Shown piece by piece: positions 26,801-43,003 of a stretch of DNA of 64,000 bases; the first letter of the stretch is position 1; every line of letters begins with the position of its first letter. The stretch comes from Bugula neritina. Lineage: Eukaryota; Animalia; Bryozoa. The notes below the pieces were generated by a model. That model did no database searches. It worked only from the letters and a program-made list of their open reading frames with translations, and was not told the origin of the DNA. A program made the translations under genes and the position numbers. The DNA lies in contig OZ037765.1 in the NCBI GenBank assembly GCA_964035545.1, positions 27,403,504-27,467,503 on the forward strand, written 5' to 3'.

Positions 26801-28198
26801 CAACTATATTATAATGATTATAGAGGAAACAAGCACTTCTGAGTATTTATTGCTGCCAATTATCAGAAAATATATTATAAATGTTCAAATATAAAAATGG
26901 CAGCCTATTATGGCAAGAGTGAGCTGCCTGGGCATAGAGAATGACTGCCAGAGTTGCATTTATCATGTCAAAGTGTCCAATTTAGCAACAGTATAGATGC
27001 AGGCACACATTTAAAAAGCCTGCTTTTTAGATAAGAAAAACACTAACTATGATTTCCAACTAGCAATCCAAACCAAAATTATAAAGAACTTAAGCTACAG
27101 AGATATTCCATTATTACACTACTACAGTTGAATGAGAACAAATAGGACAGTTTTAAAAGCCAAGTTAGGTTGCATTGACTGATTTAAGCAAGTGTAAACC
27201 AAACAGTTACCTCTTTAGTCGATTTATACAGACTGGCATCAAACAGAAGGTCTTTGGGTTGGCTTTCAGTTTGTATGAAAGATAAGACATTAGTATCCAC
27301 TCCTTCATATCTAGTAATTATAGAGTAGAACGCAAATTTCATGAAATTAAAAGACTGTAAACAAATACTGGAGCCACCTAGGCAAGGCAAGCATGTGATG
27401 AATACAAGAAAAGTTGGACAAGAAAAAATAAACGATAAAAATAATAGCAAGTGCCCAAAATGAAACTTGTACTTGATTACAAAAATAAAAAGTACTTTAA
27501 CAAAGTCATAACTAGAATTAGGAGCATCCGAATTCAAGAATTATTATTGTAAAACTACATTGAACACATATTTAGTAGTTTTTTGATGTATAATATTATA
27601 TTCGCCAACCAATGTCAACAGATTCAACTTGAACATGGTTAATAATAAGCGTACCTATTAGAAAACCGTTTGCTCCAAACTGCACATGCAACCGCCATTT
27701 TAGAGACATACCTGAATCTAGCCAAAGGGTCCTACAAAAAAATTCGGCATGGTGAAGGAACAACTATGAAGCACTATCAGCTCTAAAAATAATAGAATTG
27801 GAGAAAATTGCCAATAAAATAGCAATTGAACAGTACTAACAATTACTAGCCTTTACACAACTGATCAAGGATAATTTAGAATACTTTTTGTAAGCCGCCA
27901 AAGTTTTGGCAAGATAGTAGTAACGTAATAAGAGAAAATCTAACCTCAGAGAGTTGCTGAAAGCCTCTTCTACAAGTGACGGACTCAGACCACACTGAGC
28001 ACAGTGTGTTGAATACGTCATTATTGATGGAGTTGAGCTAAAATATGAAGTTTATAATTGTGAATAAAAATTATTATTTTATTAAATATACTACTCCTAG
28101 TTCTAATGGAATTGTTATATACAAACTTACACACACAATATACATATACACGTCCAGTTAAAAAGCTAACTTACAAACTCTGCTGAATATCCACTCAT
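23024..28198 (-). CDS. CNBD2-like protein with two cyclic-nucleotide-binding domains, ~537 aa; 14 exons: 28175-28198, 27945-28037, 27655-27731, 27211-27310, 26614-26777, 26219-26369, 25755-25987, 25295-25355, 24883-24952, 24147-24295, 23956-24039, 23681-23836, 23408-23542, 23024-23140
   Basis: First domain: FSEYP..Q..MCKLGWY, RVIIREGQRAYNFYFILSG, GMEFGEQAVFKKAYRSATV..ELL. Second domain: WIYIVKSGSLMV...LEKGQYFGL...QPSVSLVSNGADC. All junctions are in phase. The 5'-most exons are less certain. Confidence 0.85.
23846..23891. repeat. (TA)n microsatellite adjacent to a 3' splice site
   Basis: Direct observation. Confidence 0.9.
24339..24835. mobile_element. hAT-superfamily MITE (497 bp) with 8-bp TSD TTATTCAC
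   Basis: TIR CAGGGTTGGGGT...ACCCCAACCCTG. TTATTCAC at 24331-24338 and 24836-24843. Many subterminal GTAATT/AATTAC motifs. Confidence 0.92.
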
Positions 28199-29546
28199 AC
28201 TCAAAAACAAGTTCATCAAATGTACACAGAAATATCACCCTAGCTTGTTTCACAACTGGAATAGATATGTTATGCAGTACATGCCCACAATCTTAAAGGT
28301 TAGTTCTATTTATATGCCAAAGCATTTTGAACTGCAAAAATAATTATGATGGAGTATGTAAATTAACCAAATTATAGGTAAAACCTGATTTTAAGATCAA
28401 TTTCAAGAGCAATGTTCAGTTAAGATGTTTGTTCAATGCAGAAAACAATTAAATGACTACATATCATTTCCTGACATTTGAATAGCCTATACTATCAATT
28501 ACTTGAAGCTTCTTATAAAGTAAGTTTAATGTTTGTCCAGATGCTATGTAGAATTCACTTTAAACTGTTCACATAAATGTGTACTTACCTTGCTTCAACA
28601 ACTAGCACAAATTGCATCCCAACTAGGGGATGTCCTAAGTACAAACATTGTTCAGTCAGTGAGAAGCCCAAAGTGGCCAGGAGATCATAGAGGAGCAAGA
28701 CATTAGCATCAGACTGGTACATTGGGAAGAAGTGGACAGTATACAAGAGAGCGGCTTCAGAGCAACAAGTAGAACAGGCCACAGGCCAGCAGCAAGAGAG
28801 CATCAATAGAGTGGTTCGCCAATTTACAGAGTTTAGTAAAGTATTGACAATAGCAGGCTTATAGTAGCAGCAATCTCATGTTTGCAAAGTTTCAGGGGGA
28901 GTAGTGTAGCTGAAACAATGACAAAAGTATTCAGTCTTAACTATGGCTATAAATAGATAAAGGTTATGCTTAATGGCATTGTTTCTCACTTAGCAACAAT
29001 ACCTAAACGTTTGTGTAGCTAACATGGAAATATGCTGAATAGAAAGTACAAACCAAGAATTCTTTACATAATGACTGCACAAAAATTTGAAATATTATAA
29101 TACACATCTTAAAGTATTGCATAACAGAGAGAAGCAAATTTACCATAGTTGTAAGAGATTAGAGCACTGAAGTTGAGTATATGAGTGTGTTTGTGTGAGT
29201 AATGGCTTGCTGGTTTCTATTCTTCGGTGAGATTATAGCTTAGATTAGATAAGATATAGATTAGATTTCACATTCTAGTTTGATGGGAGTTTTACTTTCA
29301 ACGAGAACTACAAAAATGTAATATCATAAAATGATTTATAAAGGAATATTTCTGTACAAATAATCAAAACAACATAGGCAATCTATGAACCACTGGGGAA
29401 TGTACAACAGAATACACATTGGCATGCCAAGTCTTATTAACATGCTTGTATTGCCTTGCTGTCAGTTGATGAACGGCTGTCACTGTTAGATTAAGTTTCT
29501 GAATGATACAGCAGTTGTTACACAGTCTTCATGTAATGCCACACAG

Positions 29547-31475
29547 CTATGATGTCGGAGATTTAGACCGAGAAGCTGATTGTCTGTTTGGACTGGCGGA
29601 GGCCTTTCTCACTGGAGATCGGCTCCGGCTTCTCGAGCCTTTATCCTCTCTCACTGCTATCTCCGACTTCTCCCCCTACAAAGAGAAACTAACCATTCTA
29701 TTGCTGGACAATAACCCGGAAGTCTTGATGGCACGAATTCAGTTAGGATATATATAAGAGTACCAACACAGCAACTGAATCATGACTAGGGTTTAGTAAA
29801 TGGTACGCAACTCTCTATGCTGTGCAAACAGACTATACAATGTATATGTGTCTATACCTTCTCATCCTCTAGCATAGTACCAGTAAGCTTCTTGATAGCA
29901 TATCTGAAATCCTCATTGTTCTCATACTCGACGTACCCAACACCATGTCTTATGTCAGCAGCCAAGAGTTCGCCGGCATCTTTCATGTGTTTCTTCAAGT
30001 CAGATATGGTTGTTGTGTCAGGAAAGCCTGTCAGCACAAATGGTTATATAAGTTATTGGCTGTATGGCAACATAACTACGATATAACAGGGCTAAAGAAC
30101 AACAAAGATACATCACAATACTAACCCTGCACCCCTTCATTTTTTCAGCTTATTACACCATTTTGGTTAGTTGATTATGAAAACATTATACATTGCATAA
30201 AAACACAACATATTTAAGCGTCTACTATAATAATTCTCAACTAGTAATTCATTTTTCAAATTTAATAAAAGCCTATCCAACCCTGTCATGCTAAAAGCAA
30301 ACTGCAGTTGATCTGTCTAAATATAATGCGACAAGAGTGTATGAGTACCTGTTTTTACCTTCTGAATGTGAAAGAATAAACAATACAATAGAACTGCAAC
30401 AATGTTGGGGAAACTGGTGTGTAGATACACAATACTAGCAAACTTGCCACAGTACCAGAACACGCATGTTTACCCTTTGAAAATGGAGAAATGTTAGAGT
30501 TGTGTACTCTTCACAGAATATATAATGGGGGAAGGTGTTACATTGGTTGTGTATAAAATGCAATAACACTTTGAATTCATCAAAGGAGTGGATGTTATGA
30601 AATGGTTATGTATTGAAGCAAGTCTGTTTTGGACACTCCCAAAACATATGCCTAATCAAATAGAGTAGGCTCCTTAATTCCACTGCAGTAAGTTTACATT
30701 GCCTGATTAGTTTCAGTTTACATTCTAGTGCTTAATATATAGCACAGCTTATGAGTCTAACATTATCCAAGATTAATTATATTTCTTTGATTCTAGCAGC
30801 AATATTAACGCATGTATAACTAAAAGAATACCTGTAACAACTACTTTATAGTATTTTCTTTCAGGAGTTCGTCTTCTATCTCTGTCATAACCATTGTCCC
30901 GACTTCGACCATAACCACTACCTCGGTCATAGTCATAGCCTCGATCACTTCCTCCTCGACCACCTCGATCTCCATACCTGTCTCCGTAGCTGCTTCTCCG
31001 GTCGTCGTATCGCAATGGTGGTCTATCGCCATAGCTAGGTCGGCTGCGTCCGCCATCTTTACTGCAGTGAGGAGCTTCAACCCGCAGAGAATATCCATCA
31101 AAGTTGGTCCCATTCTTTCCCCTAATTGCATCATCAGCGTCTCTGAGGATAGAAACACGAGAACTAGAGAATGAGAGCTCACGGCCATAGCCAATAACAA
31201 TTTTGTAACTTGGAAAATGAAAAACACAACGAACACCAACCGCTAAAGCTAGTTATTTGAGGAAAAGTTTTGGTCAATTACTGCAATGTGAATAAAAGCA
31301 TTGCTGACCTATGATCCTCATATTCTATAAATGCAAATGGAGGTCCCCTTGTTCCACCTTTCAAATCAATCTTCAAGATCTTTCCATATTTATCAAATAA
31401 TGTTTCTATTTCTCGTTGACGAATATCTGGGGGAAGATTCCCTACATAAATTCGGGCATCTCCTTGTCTAGACAT
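29547..31475 (-). CDS. SRSF1/SRSF9-like SR splicing factor, 258 aa; exons 31309-31475, 30832-31142, 29858-30027, 29547-29675
   Basis: RRM1: [12 protein letters not shown]...[33 protein letters not shown] linker. Pseudo-RRM2: YKVVVTGFP...[10 protein letters not shown]...GYVEY...YAIKKL. Short RS tail. Frames are consistent. Confidence 0.9.
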
Positions 31476-32749
31476 ATTTTACACTGCAACAAAATACAAA
31501 AATAAACATGAAAAACAAAACTAAAATACTATAACTTAGCTCGAGTACTTCAACACTTTTAAGAACTTATAACTGCAGCCTGTAGGACTATTACAGTTCA
31601 AAAAGTTGTTCAGTATACTATGCTTACTAAATTAATTAATTACACAACTTTATCAAGTATTAACATGTACTTGAATAAATTGGTCCCCTTGTTATTATAA
31701 CACTTTTCACTACCCAAAAGAGGTGTGAACATTAAACATAGCATAACAAAAATACTTTTGCTATTTGCAATATCAGCCTAACAGTAATGCTACACTTTAA
31801 TTTAGTTTACAGTAACAATCATTACTGCCTGCAGTACCTAAAGAGATTACTAATTACTATATGCATAAATACTGGTTCTGGATATTAGGTTACATTAGCT
31901 TATAGAGCCTATTGCATTGCAGAACCTATATTGTAGCTCAAAGGAAATATCAATCAGATAACCCTATGATAAAATAGCTTCATAAATTAGTATTTATTAT
32001 GAAACAACCAAACTATACTCCAGTGTACTAATAATTCCTTTAATGAACAAAATGCCTAAAGTTATAAGTTTGACTTTTTCAATCCAGATTTTTTATTGTG
32101 AATATTTTAAAGCTATAAAAACTCTTGCATTATTGAAGGCACATAGTAATTTACTTTATGTTACTTAATTTTATATTACTTTCATAACTTTGCATTACCA
32201 TGAAATAATATTGTGTTTGCCTTCTGCTGTTGTAAGTGTGATGTTCTAAGAAATTCCACATGGGCAAATAAAAATAGGTGAATCATACTCATCCTGACAA
32301 TCATAACAGTCTGCTTCATCGTAATATACATATTGTGGACTGTTCACCATTGTAACTGTCATCACAGTTACTCAACGTTCCACATGAACAGCACTCAACA
32401 TGATTATTGTATTGATATTTTATGATGGCGGTGATTATAATCCTAAGGATAATAATAATATCTTGGTTTTAGATTCATATAATTATAATTATTTCAATTA
32501 TATTGATTTTTTCTCACCTATTCTCACCTATCTCTGCTTTGTCCTGTTCGGTAGCAGGATTTTAATTATATTGATATTTAATATAAAATTGAACATTAAT
32601 CATACCTATAATATAAATACTAAAATTTATGGTAACTATAAAATCTAATATGATACAAATATTAAACTTTATATTGATTATCACACAGAATATCCATTTC
32701 ATACTTTATTATTGATAGTTAACTATACTAATATGAATAACAATTATCA

Positions 32750-33860
32750 ATAATAATTAGTTATAATCATAATGTTATTTATATTTATAACACAAATATT
32801 TATATTAGTACTATGTCTACTCCTACTACTACTACTATCACCACTACCAAGCACTATCACCGATACTAACACCACTATTACTACCACTACTGTAATTATT
32901 GGTATTAATTAAACTTAATAATACACTTATAAAGTTAGAGTTATACTTATAGTTAGTCCATAGACATAGTGATCGAAATTAAAATCTATTTTTAATAAAT
33001 AGTAAACTTAACAGAGGGGCAATGCCAATTATGCAACACACTGAGAGTGAAAATATTTGCAGAACTAATCGGAAACTCAAACTGTAGTTACAAGTACATG
33101 CTCTAAAGCATACTAATGAAGAAGAGGTAAATCGTAAGACTAACTCATCTAAAAGGATACCCATTATGACTATGATACTCATAGTGGGACTCAGTAACTA
33201 TGGGTCATAGTTACTGTGTCCCAGTCTGATACTCATTCTCATATTCAAAGTAAATCTCATACTGATGGTTAATGTTATACTTATTCATACTGTAATTGCA
33301 TTTCCATTTGCAATACTAACAGTAACTTATTAGTCATTACAGTTACCATTACCAATATTAATAGATTTAGACGAATAGTAATACTAATGGTAAGAGTAAT
33401 ACTTTAATACTATAAACATAGTAATACTAATACTAAATCAAACACTAATACTAGTAATGGTAACAGTAAAACTAACACTATGATTAGTATTACTAATTTA
33501 GCATCACTAATTATTGCTAATACTATAGTAATAGTATAATTAAAATTATTAAATATTATTATAAACTTAAACTTAAAGTAAAAGTTAGAATTCACAATCA
33601 CTATCAGTATGAGTATCACTGTGACTATCTCAATCTGAATCACTGTCAGATTCACTGTGAACAACTAGTACTACAACGTCAACTACAAGTTTCAATTAAA
33701 ACAAAGCTACTAGTCCTTAATTTAGTATTAGACTTGCTCTTACTCTTAGTAATACTAATTCAATTGTAAATCATTATCATAAACTTAAAGTAAAACTAAA
33801 AGTGATGGTATACCTAGTAGTAGTCCTATGGCTACTTAGTTATTCTAGCAATTCCGGCTC
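32750..33860. repeat. TAG/TAT/TAA low-complexity tract in the first intron of the SR gene
   Basis: actactactatcaccactacc and tagtaatactaatactaa runs. Confidence 0.75.
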
Positions 33861-33991
33861 AAAGTGGTTTATGTTTTAACTTAATATTCATTGCTGTGTT
33901 ATTTCGTACTATAATATTGAATATTAATAATACAAAGAGCTAACTAAAAATTGTACTATAAAATATGATATTTACTTTTAGTGAAACTCAC

Positions 33992-34280
33992 TTGGACTCC
34001 AGCAAACTCTATGTACTCTAACCTGACCGGAAGTCTGTATTCCCACAATGTCCCGCAGAAAAGGAGTTCAACAGCATTCTGGGCAAGAAAATACATCGTG
34101 GAAATACATCGAATATTTGGCCAATCAATAAAAACTATGTATCTACGCATTCCAGTCGTATCCAATCAGTAACTATACATTCATTAGCAACAGCGATACC
34201 ATATAAACAATTGACAAGAAGAAAGTAGTAGCAGACACGGTTTATTATCTGAAGAGTTAACAAGTAACTGTGATTTCCAA
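33992..34280. promoter_or_regulatory. Bidirectional promoter and first non-coding exons of the SR gene (-) and LC8 (+)
   Basis: Minus donor |gtgagt at 33991 and plus donor |gtaagt at 34281. ETS CCGGAAGT at 34027-34034. ZNF143/Staf-like TTCCCACAATG at 34040-34050 and TGCCCAGAATGC (-) at ~34074-34085. CCAAT at 34121 and 34162. Confidence 0.7.
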
Positions 34281-34653
34281 GTAAGTAATGCTAAATTCAC
34301 AGCGTTTTATACTCACTTTTATGTAGAATTACTGTCTGAATTTTTCTTGAAATTGTAAATTGTTGCATTAGTTACTAAATTTAAATTAGTTACAGTAACT
34401 GTCACTAAGAGTAAGTGTAACACTAACACCAACACTTGCCACAGTCAAGATTGAAGATAAGACTATACAAAGTTTTATTAATATTATTGATATTCATATT
34501 GGATAATTATCGAGCAACACATTAGTATTACTATTAGTATTGGTATTACTATTAGTATAGTGATCGATATTTTAAATTGTGACTTTCACATTGCTACTAG
34601 TACTAGAGTCATTACCCTAAGGCTAATTCTGTGTACTTTTTCTTATGTTGTAG

Positions 34654-34938
<285 letters not shown>

Positions 34939-35313
34939 ACATTATCTTTAAGAAGTATTTTTCAAGATCCTAAGTGTAGTCAATTTCATCTCTCGCTATC
35001 GAGCTCATGATCTTCACCATCTCTGCATTGCTTGACATAACATATGCATTGCTGTTCGACCAGATAATCTCATTACTTAATATTTGTTTCCAACTGTGAT
35101 GTTCAAATTAATCAAGTTTATTAAATATAAATAAACATTTAAAGCTAAACTTAAAATTTTATTATATTTTAAGAGCTTTGTGCATGCATAAATCACTCTT
35201 TAGTCTTTACTAATTGGTGCATCACTTTATTGAGTGAATATTTTTTGTAAAGTTATCACTTATTATGTAAATAAAGTACACAGTAGCCACTGAAAACTAT
35301 AAAAATACAATGT

Positions 35314-39253
<3,940 letters not shown>

Positions 39254-39499
39254 CTTGTAAGCTTCAGAAATATTTCCTAACCTGTACAAACATGATGCAT
39301 ATTACAGACTACAAAAAAAGCTTCATATACAACATTTTTTATGTAATTGTATAGCTCATTAAGGCGAATACATAAACTGCTAAATTTAAATGAGTGAAAA
39401 AACCCACCAATTATGTTGACACATAAAGGTAATTAAACTACTTAACAACTAGAAGATTGTAAAGTTGAAGGATCAGATATGCTTTGCAAGATTGACATC

Positions 39500-40260
39500 A
39501 TGATACAAGCCATACTTTAAAAAGCTGGAATAAAACGTCTGGGTGTTCAAAAGCTGCCACTATTATCCATGATTCAGAAATGAAGAAAAAAGGTTAAAAA
39601 AACACTACAAGCCAAATTCTATGAATAGCATCTGATTCCAGCTCCTATAGGTTAAGAAGACAGCTAACATATGAGATTAAACTTTGCGCCACGAATTACA
39701 AGATTAGGGCATAATACCCATTTTGCAGTGCTTCAGTTCACAAAAACCACTATGCTCAGAAAGAATGGAAAAAAATGGGCGTTTCGATGTAAAAGTGAGC
39801 AATATTTTCAGTTTCGATAATAGGAACACTTCTCAACTCAATTACTTGACAGCAGGTAGAACTTAAAAGATAAACTATGAGCTGTTTTTGAGTCACATTA
39901 CAGTCAAATCTGAACATCAAAAAATCTACAATCTACATAGTTAAAAAACCGAAGTTAGTTGCATACAAAACAATTTCATTCCCACACTCAGAAAATTAGA
40001 CATAATTGAAAGAAAATTAATACTGCTAACACCAAGCAGGTAAAAAATCCAACAATAACATTTGTAACCAGAATCAATATAGAAGGCCAGTATCGAGAAA
40101 AGGTCTGTACATAAGCAAGACTCTTCACAATTTCAAAATATGATTTAATAGGTAACTAATTATGTTTGAATAAAGGGTACTGCCCAACAAGAAATACCAT
40201 GAATAATTCTTCATGCCCACAAACAACTTTTGAGTCAGCCAAAATTAAATTTAATATCAA
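39500..40260 (+). mobile_element. Possible decayed Crypton-like (DUF3504/tyrosine-recombinase) fragment in the COQ5 5' intron
   Basis: Fragments HYKPNSMNSI*F, LYISK, RNTMNN/FMPT..ESAKI occur in the order seen in Crypton-type recombinases. Heavily disrupted. Confidence 0.35.
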
Positions 40261-40299
40261 TATGATTATGAATACCTGAATACCGTAAACTTAGACTAT

Positions 40300-42110
40300 G
40301 CACAATGATGATCATAATTATAATTTGAGTTGATTACTAATATTGATAGAATTAGAAAATATATTTATATACCTAATACTGTAATAGTAATTATATTAAT
40401 AGTAATACTAATACTAATAGTAATAGTAAATGTAATGAAAACAGTCAAATAATATAACTAAAAGTATAGCAATAGCCAATATGAATATGAATATGAATAT
40501 CAATATGAGCACCAGTATCAGTATGGCAAGTGCAACTGCATTACATTTAATATTATTATCACTACCAGTAACTGTAAGTCACTTAGTAAGTGTAACAGTA
40601 ATACTATCACTATGAGTGTGACATTACCATTGTGATTACACGTCACCGTCAGTTTCAGTTAGTGTTGCTGTTACTGTTGGTGTTACACAACTCAACTAAT
40701 AGTAATACTATTGAACTAAAACTAATAAAGTATAACTATAACTAATAACTATAACTGAGTATAAGTATAAGTATAAGAAGATTTTGCTCTTCAAGTTCAG
40801 CTTTAAGAATCAATTTCAACTGCTAAGAATCAGAATGAGAGGTGAGTCTGGTATTAATTTTAAATATTAAATTTAACCATTTAATGTAAATTTTACATTT
40901 CATTTTTAGTAATTATTATAATTATACTTATATGCCGTTGACATGTTTTGATTATCATTCATCTATTGAATTTATTGAATTGACAATAAGCAGCTCTGAG
41001 TTGGGGTGCCTGAGCAGAATTGTTTTATAAGCCGCTTGAAGTTGAGAGTGTTTGAGTGCAGTAGTTTAAGTTTCTCAAGTTTGAAGTTGGGGTTTAATAA
41101 AATCCGAGAGCCGCAAACTAAGTCACCCCAAATTGGAACTGCTTAAATAAAACAATTTAATAATGTAGCCTAAAGATTGCTTTTGACCTTTGGAGCTTAG
41201 ACAACGGTATCTGCATCCGTATAAATACTGCATTCAACACTCTCAACTTTGTGCTGCTTCTAGTGACTTCCACTAAGCAAAGGCGTTTATATTTAACCTT
41301 GGCTGAGCTGTATTTCTCAAAAGCCTCTATTACGTCGTTTAGGATAAGAATTTCAAGGTACTCAAACTAATTTAAGTTTATATTGTTAGGAACCTAGTTT
41401 AACAATTATTCCTCTCAATCTTTACTAAGATTTATAATAGTAATTACTTTTAATAATTATTAATTGCACTATCAGTATGGTATTCATGTTGACTATCAAT
41501 TTACAGTTAGTATTACTAAACAACTAAGAAAGTATTTAACACGATTACTTTTATTTTACATAACCAAACTCAAACTAACCAAATTATTGCCAACATTTTC
41601 ATTTTGATTTCCTTTAACTTTAAGTTTAATAATAATATCATATTGAATATGATATTCATATAATATTAATTATATTATATGTATTTAAATCTAGTACTAG
41701 TAGTAGTAGTACTATTACTACTATTACTAGTAGTAGCAGTACTAGTACTACGTCTACTAGCACTAGTACTACTACTAGTACTAGTAAACGTAGCAGTAGT
41801 AATATTAGTAGTACTAGTACAGTACTAGTAGTAGTAGTATTCTACTTTGTAGTAATACTAATTGGGCTAAATTGAGTAATTTTGTAAGAGTAAGATTAAG
41901 AGTAAGTCAAAGGGTAATTGTATAAGATTTGGTGCATTAGTTATTAGGATGATTATTACTGTTAGTGTTACAGATAATGTTATTATGACATTAACACTTA
42001 CTTGTAGCTTTACTGTATTAGTGTTACTATTAGTATTAAGTATTATGATTGTCCGATTACTATAAGTAGAAGTATAATACTTATAGCATAAATATAACTG
42101 TTAATATTAC
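40300..42110. promoter_or_regulatory. Divergent COQ5/VPS18 5' region with TAG/TAT low-complexity tracts (40300-40780, 41440-42110) and a candidate VPS18 first-exon donor at 40842
   Basis: Head-to-head genes. GAG|gtgagt at 40841/2. (TAG)n/(TAC)n and agtataagtataag runs. Confidence 0.5.
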
Positions 42111-42118
42111 TATTAGTC

Positions 42119-42625
42119 GGTGTCATCCCAGATAGACACTTTCCAGTTAGATGCTAGGCTAAATTCCCACTTAGACGCTTCCCACATGGACGCTTCCCAG
42201 TTAAACGCTATTTATTTTTTTTAGTACAATATAAGTATTTTATGGGCAATTTATTTCAATATGATTGAAATATGTATATTTAAATATATAAATTTAAATC
42301 AACTGTTTGTTATTTAGTACATAAATAAATTCCTTTAACTTATTATTTTGCATTTTCTATACTTCTTGTTGTTTGAAAAAAATATTTCATTTTTAAGAGT
42401 TCATTAAATATAATGTCTTATTAATGTATTACTGTTATTTTTGTCCTACACAAATCTATGAAAATTGGATTATTATTCCGAATAATTTATATTAACTCTT
42501 ACTTCATGTTTAGCAGTCAATACAACAGTTAGGCTATATAGGTGTGTATATAGGTATATTGCTATATGTAATATTTACCACAAAAAATAGCGTCTAACTG
42601 GGAAGCATCTATTTGGGATGAAAAC
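42119..42625. mobile_element. MITE with imperfect ~37-bp TIRs and 8-bp TSD TATTAGTC (Mutator-like?)
   Basis: GGTGTCATCCCAGATAGAC..CCAGTTAGATGCTA vs TAGCGTCTAACTGGG..ATCTATTTGGGATGAAAAC. TATTAGTC at 42111-42118 and 42626-42633. Subterminal gacgcttccca repeats. Confidence 0.75.
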
Positions 42626-43003
42626 TATTAGTCTTAAGTTTAGAGTATAAGTATTGATATTAGTATATAAATATTACTATTAAACTTAGTCACTACTGTT
42701 ACACTTACTGTTTCTGGTAGTGTTTTAAAAATCATAAATACAACCTGTATAATTTATCAAAGTAGAGCACTTCATCTGCTTAATATTGTTACAAGAGTTT
42801 TACAGAAGTAAGTGGAAGAACCCTTGCTTTAGTATATTTGAAGTAATCAGTAGAGCCAAGTATGCTATCCTATAACTGTAACTATAACAACTATAACTGT
42901 TTTCAATATCTACTACCTATCATGTGTCAAGTAGTAAATCACAAAGTTTGTAGTTAACATTGAATCTCTTGTTTTTCTCAGATAATCACGAAGTGGGTGG
43001 ATA

